Counted from the first letter of the stretch, positions 1 to 10,600 are shown. The stretch: DNA of 64,000 nt from an uncultured Collinsella sp. (GCA_902470695.1 CABRHH010000008.1:8808-72807), one strand, 5' to 3'. The notes: a model not told the origin generated them from the letters alone. A program made the numbers and translations.

Positions 1-155
1 ATGGTGCGATCAAGCACCTCCTCAGAGCAGAACACATATGCAGAGGCCCCGTTTTCCGTGATACGGAGCAGCTTCTCCTTTGCCGCCTCGCGAACTTCGC
101 GCGAGTTTCTCTGCAGCGCGCTCACGGGATACACGGCATTCGATTCAAACACCAT
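1..155 (-). CDS. Phd/YefM-like type II antitoxin (partial, runs off window start)
   Basis: Not in the ORF track. Minus-strand ATG at 155 follows a GAGAGGAG RBS and reads MVFESNAVYPVSALQRNSREVREAAKEKLLRITENGASAYVFCSEE, matching the Phd/YefM N-terminal pattern (S.L......V.......ITxNG..AYV). Confidence 0.65.
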   Translation of the reverse strand, partial: MVFESNAVYPVSALQRNSREVREAAKEKLLRITENGASAYVFCSEEVLDRT

Positions 156-421
156 CGGTACTCCTCTCGCTATTGTATGAGAATATTGCATCATATTATA
201 TGAATTATCTCATCATGCGCTTTTGACGTTGGCGTTTGTTCAATACCGTCACCCAAAATCGAAAAGACATGGCAGCACCTTCTCGCCAATGAAGAGGAGT
301 TATCACTTGAACTTCTCGCCGCTGACGAGAAGTTTTTGCTTGGACTTCTTTCCAACGGTGAGAACAATCAGGGCTGCAGGCAACGGCGAACCGCCACATG
401 CAGCCCCTGCACAACCAGCCC

Positions 422-2089
422 CTATGCCTCGTTGCGCTGCTCCCAGCTCCGGTCGCGCTCCGCCTCTTCGACTGCACGCGCGCCGATCGGACGCGCCGGG
501 GCCTGGAACACCGGCTCATAGCCGTCGAGGAACTTGCCGCGGCTGAAGCTCTCGGGAATGGCCACGGGATACTCGCCCGTGAAACACGCCCGGCAGTACC
601 CACCGGCGGGCACGCACTGCAGCAGGCCCTCAACCGACAGGAATCCCAGAGAATCTGCCCCGATGAACGAGCAGATCTCGTCCACGCTCTTGTTCGCCGA
701 GATCAGCTGCGACTGCACGTCGGTATCGATGCCGTAGAAGCACGGCCACACGACCTCGGGCGAGTTGATGCGCACGTGAATCTCGCGCGCGCCGGCCTGG
801 CGCAGCATGCGGACGAGCTGCACCATGGTCGTGCCGCGCACGATCGAATCGTCGATGACCACAAGGCGCTTGCCGGCGATGTTGTCGCGCAGCGGGTTGA
901 GCTTCATGCGCACGCCCATGGCACGCAGCTCCTGCGTGGGCTCGATGAAGGTGCGCGCCACGTAGCGGTTCTTGATGAGGCCCTCGCCGAACGGAATGCC
1001 GCTCTCGTGCGCGTAGCCCTCCGCCGGAGGCAGGCCCGAGTCCGGCACGCCGATCACCATGTCGGCCTCGACGGGGTTCTCCCGCGCCAGCATGCGGCCC
1101 ATGTCATAGCGGCAGGCATACACCGACTTGCCGCCCATCAGTGAGTCCGGACGGGCAAAGTACACCTGCTCGAACACGCACTGCGCCTCCTGCTCGGCCG
1201 CCGGCACGCCCTGCTCGGACACCAGGCCCGCGGCGCTGATGCGCAAGATCTCGCCCGGGCGGATGTCGCGCACGTACTCGGCGCCCACGATGTCGAGCGC
1301 GCAGGTCTCCGAGGCAACAACCCAGCCGAACGCCGTCTGCGCCTCGCCGCCCACCGCCGTGGGTGCGGCGGCAGCCAGCGCCTCGGCACTTGCCCCCTCG
1401 GAGGGCAGCACCGCGGCGGCGGCCATGGCGTCGGCCCCGGCCAGGCCCTCGCTATCGGTCAGGCGGCCCAGCACCAGCGGACGGATGCCGTGCGGGTCGC
1501 GGAAGGCGTAAAGCGCCTCCTCGTTGATCAGCGTCATGGCGTAGCCGCCCTCGAGCAGCTCCATGGTCTTGCGGATGCCCTCGCGCAGATGATGGGTCTC
1601 CTGGGTGAAGTAGCCGATCAGCTTGACGGCCACCTCGGAATCGGAATTCGAGAGAAACGGCACACCCAGCTCGATCAGCTGGCGACGCAGGTCGTCGGTG
1701 TTGACGAGCGTGCCGTTATGAGCCAGGGCCACGATGACCTCGCCGATCGTGGACAGATGCGGCTGCGCGGCCTCCCAGCTCTTGGCGCCGGCCGTGCCGT
1801 AGCGCACGTGCCCCACCGCCAAATCACCCGGCAGGGCTGCCAGATCGGCCCCGGTGAACACGCGATCAATCAGGCCGAGATCCTTGCGGACCATCACCGT
1901 GCCGCCGTCGCCCACCGCGATACCCGCGGACTCCTGCCCGCGGTGCTGCAGCGCGCGCAGACCGAAGTACGTCAGCCGCGCGGCATCGCGGCCCGGCGCC
2001 CATACGCCGAATACACCGCATTCCTCGTGCAGCTGATCGTCGTCAACCCTCTCCGATGCGCGATTGGAGGCAGTGACCTCAAGAGTCAT
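422..2089 (-). CDS. purF: Amidophosphoribosyltransferase
   Basis: EECGVFG propeptide/catalytic Cys, LQHRGQESAG, GHVRYGT, AHNG, PRPP loop VVIDDSIVRGTT, PCFYGID and C-terminal CxxCF. Confidence 0.97.
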   Translation of the reverse strand: MTLEVTASNRASERVDDDQLHEECGVFGVWAPGRDAARLTYFGLRALQHRGQESAGIAVGDGGTVMVRKDLGLIDRVFTGADLAALPGDLAVGHVRYGTAGAKSWEAAQPHLSTIGEVIVALAHNGTLVNTDDLRRQLIELGVPFLSNSDSEVAVKLIGYFTQETHHLREGIRKTMELLEGGYAMTLINEEALYAFRDPHGIRPLVLGRLTDSEGLAGADAMAAAAVLPSEGASAEALAAAAPTAVGGEAQTAFGWVVASETCALDIVGAEYVRDIRPGEILRISAAGLVSEQGVPAAEQEAQCVFEQVYFARPDSLMGGKSVYACRYDMGRMLARENPVEADMVIGVPDSGLPPAEGYAHESGIPFGEGLIKNRYVARTFIEPTQELRAMGVRMKLNPLRDNIAGKRLVVIDDSIVRGTTMVQLVRMLRQAGAREIHVRINSPEVVWPCFYGIDTDVQSQLISANKSVDEICSFIGADSLGFLSVEGLLQCVPAGGYCRACFTGEYPVAIPESFSRGKFLDGYEPVFQAPARPIGARAVEEAERDRSWEQRNEA

Positions 2090-2282
2090 GGCATTTCCCC
2101 TCGATATCTTGTGCGTTGGCGTTGCCTATCCATTATACGCATCCCCCGGCCCGCTCAGAGGCCGCAGTGCAGGCGTGATGGTGTGATGAAGAGGCAGTGC
2201 ACGGATGGAGGAGCCGGCGCGCGCAGGCGGCCAGCTCCATACAATAGGGGCAAACGAGACGCCACGATGATCGAGGTTTCCT

Positions 2283-2684
2283 ATGGACGAGCGGGAGTAC
2301 GGGGGCGGCACGAGCCCTCGGCCAGCATACGGCGCTAAGCCGCGCAAGCATATGGGGACCGCCACGAGCGACCCCGAATACCTTCCGCCGACGAACAGCG
2401 GCGGCCACATCCCGCCCAACAGCTCTACGCTGCGCGTCCGCCAAAACGAGCATGCGGAGGGCGGCCCCGCGAGCGCTCACGGCCCGCATCGCGGCCGCGA
2501 CCTGGGCCCCCGGCGGAAGCACGGCGAGATCAAAACGGGGCGCTACCTGTCCACCCCGCATGGCGGCAAGCGCATCTTTACCACCCAGCGCGACCGACAG
2601 CAGCGCCGCATGCGCTACGTCTTGGCCGCGCTGATCCTTGCCGCCATCACATTGGCGCTCGTCTGGTTTTTCCTGTTGAGGTAG
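2283..2684 (+). CDS. Hypothetical protein with a single C-terminal membrane anchor
   Basis: GAGG RBS, basic hydrophilic N-terminus and C-terminal hydrophobic helix; ends 3 bp before the cysteine desulfurase. Confidence 0.7.
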   Translation: MDEREYGGGTSPRPAYGAKPRKHMGTATSDPEYLPPTNSGGHIPPNSSTLRVRQNEHAEGGPASAHGPHRGRDLGPRRKHGEIKTGRYLSTPHGGKRIFTTQRDRQQRRMRYVLAALILAAITLALVWFFLLR

Positions 2685-2687
2685 CGC

Positions 2688-4145
2688 GTGGACGAGCCCT
2701 ATATCTACGCCGACAACGCGGCGACCACGCCGCTGTCGCCCACGGCGCTGGCGGCCATGATGCCCTATCTCACCGACGAATTCGGCAATCCGAGCGGCGT
2801 GCATCGGCGTGCCCGCAACGCAGCGGCGGCGCTCGAAGCGGCCCGCGAGGCGGTCGCGCGCTCTCTCGGGGCCGCAGATGCGCGCGAGGTCCATTTCACC
2901 AGCGGTGGAACCGAGGCGGACAACTGGGCGCTGCGCGGGGCAGCCCAGCGCTTCCGTGCGCGCCATGGGCGCGGGGCCACCGTGCGCATCATCACGAGTG
3001 CCATCGAGCACCACGCCGTGCTCAACTGCTGCCGTGCCCTTGAAGCGGAGGGAGCGCACGTTACGTACCTGCCGGTTGATGCCGCAGGCCGCGTGGACGC
3101 CGCCGCGCTGGAAGAGGCGCTAGTGGCCAACGAGTGCGCTGCCGCGGGCGAGGCCGGGGCGGGATGGCCAGATGCGGCGGACGCGGATGGGCAAGGCGAG
3201 GGCACCGCCGACGTCGATGCGAATGGATCCCCGGCGAGCCGGCCTCTTGCCGCCGCCCCCGCACGAGGCGACTCCGCAGGCTCCCCCATCGCGGCAACGG
3301 CCCTGGTCTCCATCATGCTTGCCAATAATGAGGTGGGCACCGTCCAGAACATCGCCGAGCTGGCGCGCATCGCGCATGTGCACGGCGCGCCCTTCCACAC
3401 CGACGCGGTGCAAGCAGCCGGCCACATCCCTGTCGACGTGGCCACGCTGGGAGTCGATGCGCTCTCGATCTCCGGGCACAAGTTCCACGGCCCCAAAGGC
3501 ACCGGGGCCCTGTGGATCAAGCACGGAATCGATCTGCCGCCGCTCATCGCCGGTGGCGCGCAGGAGAGCGGCCTGCGCGCCGGCACCGAGAACGTTGCGG
3601 GCATCGTCGGCATGGCGGCCGCGCTCACGGAGGCATGCGACGGCCTGGACGCGCGTATGGAGCGCGTAACCCGGGCGCGCGATGCCCTCGTGGCGCACAT
3701 CCTCGGCACCTGCCCCGATATCCAGCTCACCGGGCCCGTCTGCGGCAGCGCGAACGGTAACATGGGCTCGCCGAGCGGCACCGGTATCGCTCGCACCGTC
3801 GGCGGCGCCCGCAACGTCGGTGGCGCCCGCACCTCCAACGTTGCCGACGCCACCCTTCTCGCGCGGCTCCCCTCCATCGCATCGTTTGTCTGCGACGGCG
3901 TTGACGGCGACCTGCTCACCGTCCTGCTCGACCGCGCCGGCGTGGCCGCAGCCACCGGATCGGCCTGCTCGTCGGGCTCAACCGAGCCCTCGCACGTCCT
4001 GCTCGCACTCGGCATCGACCCCGCGCGCGCCGCCGGAGTCCTGCGCCTCTCGTTGGCCGACAGCATCACGCCCGAGGAGCTCGACCTCCTCAAGGCGCGT
4101 GTCCCGGCAGCCATCAGACGCGCCCGCCTGGTGAGCGGCCTCTAG
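2688..4145 (+). CDS. iscS: Cysteine desulfurase (IscS/NifS family)
   Basis: YADNAATT, GNPS, FTSGGTEADN, HTDAVQ, PLP-lysine motif SGHKFHGPKG and catalytic GSACSS. Confidence 0.92.
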   Translation: MDEPYIYADNAATTPLSPTALAAMMPYLTDEFGNPSGVHRRARNAAAALEAAREAVARSLGAADAREVHFTSGGTEADNWALRGAAQRFRARHGRGATVRIITSAIEHHAVLNCCRALEAEGAHVTYLPVDAAGRVDAAALEEALVANECAAAGEAGAGWPDAADADGQGEGTADVDANGSPASRPLAAAPARGDSAGSPIAATALVSIMLANNEVGTVQNIAELARIAHVHGAPFHTDAVQAAGHIPVDVATLGVDALSISGHKFHGPKGTGALWIKHGIDLPPLIAGGAQESGLRAGTENVAGIVGMAAALTEACDGLDARMERVTRARDALVAHILGTCPDIQLTGPVCGSANGNMGSPSGTGIARTVGGARNVGGARTSNVADATLLARLPSIASFVCDGVDGDLLTVLLDRAGVAAATGSACSSGSTEPSHVLLALGIDPARAAGVLRLSLADSITPEELDLLKARVPAAIRRARLVSGL

Positions 4146-4154
4146 GCGGGGGCG

Positions 4155-5849
4155 CTACGACAGCAGTTTGCGACCGGCTTCCTCGATCGCGTCCATCAGC
4201 GCATCGGCCTCTGCGGCATCGGCGCCCTTGGCGAAGACATACAGCTTGATCTTGGGCTCGGTACCCGAGGGGCGCACAATGGCCTTGTTCCCGCCCGCAA
4301 GGTCGAACTCCACCACGTCGGCCGTCGGCAGGCCGTTCACGCCCGCGGCGTAATCCACCACGGCCTCAACCGCAGACCCGGCGATCTCGGCAGGCGGGTT
4401 CTCGCGCAGCGTGCGCATGATGCCGGCCATCTTGCCCGCGCCCTCGGCGCCCGGATAGCTCAGTGAAATCGTCCGGTTGTGATAGTACCCATAGCGCTCG
4501 TACAGCGCGCGCATGGCCTCGACCAGGTTTTTGCCCTGCAGCTTGTAGTACTGGGCCATCTGGCAGATCAGCAGGCTCGCGTTGACGGCATCCTTGTCGC
4601 GCACATGGTCGCCCGAGAGGTACCCGTAGGACTCCTCGAACCCGAAGATGAAGCGGTCGACCTCGCCGGCGTCGGACAAAGAGGTGATGATGTCACCGAT
4701 GTACTTGAAACCGGTCAGGCAACGGCGCAGCTCAAAGCCGTACTCGGCAGCGAGCGCGTCCACCATCGAGGAGGACACAATCGTGGTGACGGCAACCTTG
4801 CTCGCCAGGTCCTCGCCGCGCTCCGCGCGCATCTTGCAGATGTAGTCGAGCAGCAGCACGCCCATCTCGTTGCCCGTGAGCAGCGTGTAGTCGTCGCCAT
4901 CGGCGCAGGCAACGCCCACGCGGTCGGCGTCCGGGTCGGTTGCGAGCAGCAGGTCGGGGTGCACCTGCTCGCACAGGTCGATGCCCTTCTGCATGGCCTC
5001 GCGGATCTCGGGGTTCGGATACGGGCAGGTGGGGAAGTCGCCGTCCGGGTCGCGCTGCTCGGGCACAACCGTCACGTCCGTGATGCCCGCGCGGTCGAGC
5101 ACGCTCGTCACCGGGATGAGGCCGGTGCCGTTGAGCGGGGTGTACACGAGCTTGAGCGGGGCCGCGGCGATCTCGTCCTCGCTCAGGTTGTTCACCGACT
5201 GGGCGAGCACGGCGTCGTAGTAGGCATCCAGGACCGCGTCGTCGATCCACTTCACCAAACCCTGGGCCACCGCCTCATCGAAGTCCATGGACTTGACGTC
5301 GGAGAAGGGATCGGTCGCCTCCATGGCGGCCGAGATGGCCGCAGCGGCCTCGCTGGTGATCTGGCAGCCGTCCGGGCCGTAGGCCTTGTAGCCGTTATAG
5401 GGCGCGGGGTTGTGGCTGGCCGTCATGCAGATGCCGCCGGAGCAGTTGAGGAAGCGCACCGCCCACGACAGGGTGGGGACCGGCGAGATCCTGGGGTACA
5501 CGTATGAGGTCACGCCGTTGGCGGCCAGGATCGCCGCCGTGGTCTTCACGAACAGCTCTCCCTTGTTGCGGCTATCGCGCGCGATCGCCACGCACGGATT
5601 CTCGAAATGCTTCACCAGGTAGTCGGCAAACCCCTGCGTGGCGCGACCCACAGTGTAGATGTTCATGCGGTTGGTGCCCGCGCCGATGGTGCCGCGCAGG
5701 CCGGCGGTGCCGAACGCCAGGTCCTGAAAGAAGGCGTCGGTGATGGCCTCCTCGTCGCCCGCCTCCTTGAGCTGCGTCAGCTCCTGCAGCAGCTCGGGAT
5801 CATCCACGTGCTCAATCCATGTGTCGAGCAGCTCGTGTACGTTTGCCAT
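4155..5849 (-). CDS. Phosphoglucomutase/phosphomannomutase (phospho-sugar mutase)
   Basis: FGTAGLRG, TASHNP phosphoserine loop, DPDADR metal loop, GFEES and RPSGTEPK. Start placed at MANVHELL (5849) after a GAAGG RBS. Confidence 0.95.
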   Translation of the reverse strand: MANVHELLDTWIEHVDDPELLQELTQLKEAGDEEAITDAFFQDLAFGTAGLRGTIGAGTNRMNIYTVGRATQGFADYLVKHFENPCVAIARDSRNKGELFVKTTAAILAANGVTSYVYPRISPVPTLSWAVRFLNCSGGICMTASHNPAPYNGYKAYGPDGCQITSEAAAAISAAMEATDPFSDVKSMDFDEAVAQGLVKWIDDAVLDAYYDAVLAQSVNNLSEDEIAAAPLKLVYTPLNGTGLIPVTSVLDRAGITDVTVVPEQRDPDGDFPTCPYPNPEIREAMQKGIDLCEQVHPDLLLATDPDADRVGVACADGDDYTLLTGNEMGVLLLDYICKMRAERGEDLASKVAVTTIVSSSMVDALAAEYGFELRRCLTGFKYIGDIITSLSDAGEVDRFIFGFEESYGYLSGDHVRDKDAVNASLLICQMAQYYKLQGKNLVEAMRALYERYGYYHNRTISLSYPGAEGAGKMAGIMRTLRENPPAEIAGSAVEAVVDYAAGVNGLPTADVVEFDLAGGNKAIVRPSGTEPKIKLYVFAKGADAAEADALMDAIEEAGRKLLS

Positions 5850-6023
5850 GGTGCCAACCTTCTTTCGGTCGTTGTCGCGCACGGGGCGCGCAAAATGCAT
5901 CGTTACCTGCCATGATACGCCCTTGCGAGCGGGCACGAGCAATTTTGTTGCCAAGCCGAGAGAATTCGGCAACAAATGCGCAGGCCGGAAGCACACGGGG
6001 CACGACCGGCTCGCATCGGCGTT

Positions 6024-6072
6024 GGGGCGCGGGGCGCGGGGCGCGGGGCGCGGGGCGCGGGGCGCGGGGCGC
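6024..6072. repeat. (GGGGCGC)x7 perfect tandem repeat
   Basis: Read directly. Flanked by a duplicated CCGGCTCGCATCGGCGTTGGG segment (about 6006 and 6111). Confidence 0.95.
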
Positions 6073-6401
6073 GGAAGCATCGTACCGAAAGCGGCGGCAC
6101 CAGGGCACGGCCGGCTCGCATCGGCGTTGGGGCCCGAACGACTCGCCTCGCACGCATCGGCACCTCAGCCCGGGCGGCACCTCGGCCCGGGCACCTCGCC
6201 ACGGACACCGGGCACCTCGCTCCGGGCACCAGCGCCATACCCGAACGCACACCCCGCACGCACCGCCCCCTGGGTCCAAGCGGACCACCCTGCGATTGTT
6301 TCAACTTCGTTCGCATTCGGCGCGACCGCATGCACGGGCGCGCAAAAAGCTCTATGCTGGGTGGCGTACGCTGGTCCATAAGTCCGCGGAAAGGAATCAT
6401 C

Positions 6402-7268
6402 ATGACCAAACTCTATCAGCGTGAAGGCGCATACATCCCGCGCGTGGCGGCCGTGCACGACATGTGCGGCTACGGCAAGTGCTCGCTCGGCGTCGCGATC
6501 CCGGTGCTCAGCGCCGCCGGCATCGACGTATGCCCGGTGCCCACGGCCCTGTTCAGCGCCCACACCAAGTTCCCCGTCTTCTATATGCACGACACCACCG
6601 AGATCCTCAACGACTACCTCGACGCCTGGCGCGAGGAGCACATCGACCTGGACGGCATCTACTCCGGCTTCCTCGGCTCAGCTGACCAGGTGGCCGTCAT
6701 CCAGCGCCTGTATCGCGAGTACCCGCATGCGCTGCACATCGTTGACCCGGTGATGGGCGACGGCGGCGTGAAGTACCCCACCTACACCGATGAGCTGTGC
6801 GAGGCCATGGCCGGGCTGGTTGACGGCGCCGACGTGCTGACCCCGAACCTCACCGAGGCGTCCATTCTGACCGGCATCCCCTACCAGGGTCAGGATGTGG
6901 ACGAGCAGTTCGTGCAGAAAAACGCCTCTCAGCTGCTCAAGATGGGCGCGAAGGCCGTGGTCCTCAAGGGCGTGGTACACGAGGGCGAGGCGGTCATTCG
7001 CAACTACATCGCCACTGCCGCAGACGGGGGCGCTGTGCGCGAGGTGTCCAGTGAGCTGCTGCCCTACATGCTGCATGGCACCGGCGACCTGTTCGCCAGC
7101 GGCCTCACGGCGGCCATCTACGCGGGTCGCGAGCTGGAAGACGCCGTCGCCTTCGCCGGTGAGCTGGTGCGTGACGCGATGAAGGTCACGCGCGAGCAGC
7201 CCGATTACGAGGTGCGCGGCGTTTCCTTCGAGCCCACTCTCGGCAGCGTCGCCGCCCTGCTGGCCTAA
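6402..7268 (+). CDS. pdxK: Pyridoxal/pyridoxamine kinase
   Basis: VHDMCGYGKCSL, PTALFSAHT, YSGFLGS, VDPVMGD, TPNLTEA and HGTGDLFAS; AAGGA RBS before ATG 6402. Confidence 0.88.
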   Translation: MTKLYQREGAYIPRVAAVHDMCGYGKCSLGVAIPVLSAAGIDVCPVPTALFSAHTKFPVFYMHDTTEILNDYLDAWREEHIDLDGIYSGFLGSADQVAVIQRLYREYPHALHIVDPVMGDGGVKYPTYTDELCEAMAGLVDGADVLTPNLTEASILTGIPYQGQDVDEQFVQKNASQLLKMGAKAVVLKGVVHEGEAVIRNYIATAADGGAVREVSSELLPYMLHGTGDLFASGLTAAIYAGRELEDAVAFAGELVRDAMKVTREQPDYEVRGVSFEPTLGSVAALLA

Positions 7269-7340
7269 GGGCGGATTCGCGCCCGGGCGGCGCGCTCGTC
7301 GCTGCCCGGGCCCCAACGCCACATCGGCAGCATCATTTCC

Positions 7341-7491
7341 GGGTTCGCATCCCGTCCATCGACACATTTCGGGTTCGCATCCCGTCCATCGGCACATTTC
7401 GGGTTCGTGTTTCATCCATTCAGAGCTGTTTTTTGCCCCTAGATGGACAGAACACGAACCCTCTCTTCACGGATGGCCTAAACCCGAACCC
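7341..7491. repeat. 30-bp-phased palindromic repeat element, copy A
   Basis: GGGTTCG at 7341, 7371 and 7401; T-rich centre; inverted CGAACCC ending at 7461 and 7491. Confidence 0.85.
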
Positions 7492-7663
7492 TTTCTGCGT
7501 GCACGGACCCGGTGCATGCGCGGGCCAAGCGCGAACTCCTTCTGCACGTGCGACCCGAGCACGAAGCACCACTCACGAACGCCCGTTAAGCAGTCGGCAA
7601 CCACACGCACCCTTGCCGCGTGCGCGGACAGGATCTCGCAACATCCACTCAGAATCCGACGAA

Positions 7664-9058
7664 TCAGCGCTGGCCGCCCATTGCCTTGCGCCCAAGCACG
7701 TAGGTCGCAACGAAGCCGAAAATCGTCGCAAGTGCCATGACGCCCAGCGATATCCACAAGTTTCCGAGCGTTCCATTAGGGCTGATGTAGGCTGCGAACG
7801 AAATGAATCCCGGCGTTGAGACCACGTACTGGGTCATGCCGAGCAAACCTGCGACCAAACCCCCGATGCCGCCGCCAATCATAGCGCCGACCAACGGAAA
7901 ACGCTTGGTGAACAATACCCCGTAAACGCCGGGCTCCGTAATGCCGCACAGCGCCGTGACGCCGGCGCCAACAGCAACCGATCTGTCGTCGGCGGACTTG
8001 GCAATCAGGGCTGCAGCCAGGCACGCGCCTCCAACTGCAACATTGGCGGGCGCCATGCCCGTACAGATCAACGGGTCGGACCCGATCTCGGCCATCAGTG
8101 CAAACAAGACCGGATACGTTGCGTTGTTCATACCGAAGAACACGAGCCAGGGCGTTGCCGCGCCAACAATACCAACGGCAATCGGCGGAGCAAATCGATA
8201 GATAGCGAGCACCCCGTCGGAAAGCCACGTACCGGCCGTATTGCCCATCGGTCCGAGCACCAAGAGCGTAACCGGCACGGTCACGAGCATCGTGATGAGC
8301 GGAACGAAAATCGTGCGCGTGAACACCGGCATACGTTGCTGCAAAAACCGATAGACCACGCTCATGAACAGCACGCCTAAAATGATGGGAAACACGGTGG
8401 AGTTGTACGCTACGGTCTGCACCGGAATACCAAGGAAGCTCATGGGGTCTTCGCCCGCATTCGCAGTAAAGAACAGCAGGACCGCCCCGAGAAATGCTCC
8501 CAGGAACCCATTGGATTTCAATCGCTGAGCAGCCGAGAAGCCGATGAAAACAGGTAGGAAGTAAAACGTTGCCTGATTCAGGAAGAAGAACACCTTATAG
8601 GTTCCGTCATCGGGAGAAACGCCGGCAAACGTGGTGAGCAGCGTCAGAACCGCTCCAGTAAGACCACCGGCCACCAGCACCGGAATAACGGGAGAAAACG
8701 TACCGCCAATGAACGACAGGACTGCGTCGACGACACCCTTGCCGCTCGCGCCACCATCAGTCTCTGCCGCCTCGGCATCCTCCACCGCCCCCGCCGCATG
8801 GATTCCCTCGCAACGCGTGAACTCCTCGTACAGCTGAGCGACATCCTGTCCGATGACGAACTGATACTCGCCGTTTTGCACCACAAGGTTAAGCACACCG
8901 GGAATCTGTTTGACGACACTCTGGTCAAGCTTCTCACCATCGCGCAGCTGAACGCGCAGCCGCGTCATGCAGTGGGTCACACTGATGATGTTCCCCTCGC
9001 CGCCGCAGGCTTCCACGATCGCCGCACACAGCACGGCGTAATCCTTCTTAGCAGCCAT
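7664..9058 (-). CDS. PTS beta-glucoside/sucrose-class EIIBC component
   Basis: HCMTRLR EIIB phosphorylation motif, QFVIG, a multi-TM EIIC with GITEP; no EIIA domain. Start MAAKKDY overlaps the GH1 stop region. Confidence 0.92.
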   Translation of the reverse strand: MAAKKDYAVLCAAIVEACGGEGNIISVTHCMTRLRVQLRDGEKLDQSVVKQIPGVLNLVVQNGEYQFVIGQDVAQLYEEFTRCEGIHAAGAVEDAEAAETDGGASGKGVVDAVLSFIGGTFSPVIPVLVAGGLTGAVLTLLTTFAGVSPDDGTYKVFFFLNQATFYFLPVFIGFSAAQRLKSNGFLGAFLGAVLLFFTANAGEDPMSFLGIPVQTVAYNSTVFPIILGVLFMSVVYRFLQQRMPVFTRTIFVPLITMLVTVPVTLLVLGPMGNTAGTWLSDGVLAIYRFAPPIAVGIVGAATPWLVFFGMNNATYPVLFALMAEIGSDPLICTGMAPANVAVGGACLAAALIAKSADDRSVAVGAGVTALCGITEPGVYGVLFTKRFPLVGAMIGGGIGGLVAGLLGMTQYVVSTPGFISFAAYISPNGTLGNLWISLGVMALATIFGFVATYVLGRKAMGGQR

Positions 9059-10529
9059 GGATAATCTCCCCTCCCCATTCGCGACCATTCGATGTGATGA
9101 GCTTTGAATACCAGTGGAACGAGTCTTTCTTGATGCGTGCGCAAAGCGGCAGCGCACCGGCAGCATGGGCCTCGTTCAACTCATCGTCGGTAGTATCCAC
9201 ATACACCAGGCCGTACCGCTTTTCGATGCCGTTGCCCGTAGACAACAGGTCGGTGAACGACCAGGGGTTGTACGCGATGACATCGCAACCGTCTTCGATG
9301 GCAAGCCCGAGCTGATAGATGTTCTCGCGCAGGAAGTCAATGCGGTACTGATCGTGAATCTTGCCCTCAGCATCTTTGTGCTCGTGCGCACCGAAGCCGT
9401 TCTCCGTGATCATGAGCGGCAGGCGGTAGTGATCCCACATGTAGCGCATGACGTAACGTAGAGACACCGGATCGATTTCCCAATCCCAATCGGTATATTC
9501 GACAAACGGGTTGTACACAAGCTGGTAAGCACCGGGTACCACCGGAAACACCAGCTTGCCCTTCTCGCCGGTCTTGTTCAGCTCGTACGGATGCGCCTCG
9601 GCGTCAATCGGAGCCCATTTTGCGGTGTTCGAGCGGTAGCAATTGACCGCAAAGAAGTCGATTTTAGCGGACTTCATAAGCTCCTCATCGCCCGGCTCAA
9701 TCCCCGGATCGATATCGTTGTCACGCCAGTAGTTCTTGACGAACGTGCTGTACTCCCCAAATGCATATGTGTCGTTCCAGATTTTCTCGGTGAACTCCTC
9801 CGCATTCATTGCGGCGATCTGGTCCATGGGCCGGCAGCTTTCGGGATAGATTGGTACCATTCCAGGCACCGGCCCGATCTTGCCACCGGGCACCAACTCA
9901 TGGCAGAGGTTCACGGCCGTGGCATGGCACAGGTTGATGATGTGGTTGATGCGCCACTGGTCACGGAACCAGTCGCTGCAGCCCTTAGAGACCCCCAGCC
10001 AGTCGCCGTATGCGATCTGCATGTTCTGCTCGTTGATGGATAGCCAGTACTTCACGCGGTCGCCAAACGCCTCAAAGCACACGCGTGCATAGTGCTCGAA
10101 CGCCTTCACGGTCGCACGGCTTTTCCATCCACCGAGCTCCTCTTCCACCCAAAGCGGCATATCGTAGTGGTAGAGCGTGACAATGGGCTCGATATCATGT
10201 GCCACAAGCTCATCAATGAGCTCATTGTAGAAAGCGATGCCTTCATCATTCACGCGACCATCGGATGCAGGGATGATGCGCGGCCACGCCAAAGAGAAGC
10301 GATAGCTGGAGAACCCGCACTCGGCCATGAGGGCCACATCTTCCTTGACATGGTGATAGTGGTCCGCAGCGATGCTGTTGTCCGCAAAGGGCTTTTTGGT
10401 CTTGGAGTTCAGATCGATAGCCGACGGCGTACGGCCCCCTTCTTCGGTGCCGCCTTCAACCTGCCATGCGGCGCTCGATGCGCCCCACATAAAACCCGTC
10501 GGAAACTTCGGCTCGTGATCGTAATGCAT
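9048..10529 (-). CDS. Glycoside hydrolase family 1 (6-phospho-beta-glucosidase-like)
   Basis: WGASSAAWQVEG, YRFSLAWPRI, TLYHYD, acid/base NEQ, nucleophile ITENG and KRYGLVYVD. Confidence 0.95.
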   Translation of the reverse strand: MHYDHEPKFPTGFMWGASSAAWQVEGGTEEGGRTPSAIDLNSKTKKPFADNSIAADHYHHVKEDVALMAECGFSSYRFSLAWPRIIPASDGRVNDEGIAFYNELIDELVAHDIEPIVTLYHYDMPLWVEEELGGWKSRATVKAFEHYARVCFEAFGDRVKYWLSINEQNMQIAYGDWLGVSKGCSDWFRDQWRINHIINLCHATAVNLCHELVPGGKIGPVPGMVPIYPESCRPMDQIAAMNAEEFTEKIWNDTYAFGEYSTFVKNYWRDNDIDPGIEPGDEELMKSAKIDFFAVNCYRSNTAKWAPIDAEAHPYELNKTGEKGKLVFPVVPGAYQLVYNPFVEYTDWDWEIDPVSLRYVMRYMWDHYRLPLMITENGFGAHEHKDAEGKIHDQYRIDFLRENIYQLGLAIEDGCDVIAYNPWSFTDLLSTGNGIEKRYGLVYVDTTDDELNEAHAAGALPLCARIKKDSFHWYSKLITSNGREWGGEIIHGC

Positions 10530-10600
10530 AGCGATTCCTTCTTGTAGATAATCCTGGGCGCGCCGTCCTCATTCGGACACCCCCACGCTATCAAGAAGGC

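Noticed and set aside
223..546. 107-aa plus-strand ORF overlapping the purF 3' end
   Set aside because: No RBS or motif, and it overlaps purF antisense.
5850..6401. Long N-terminal extensions given by the ORF track for the phosphosugar mutase and pdxK (also prmC, hypA, larC, serS, ArsC)
   Set aside because: The extensions run through repeats or low-complexity DNA; better RBS-associated starts lie downstream.
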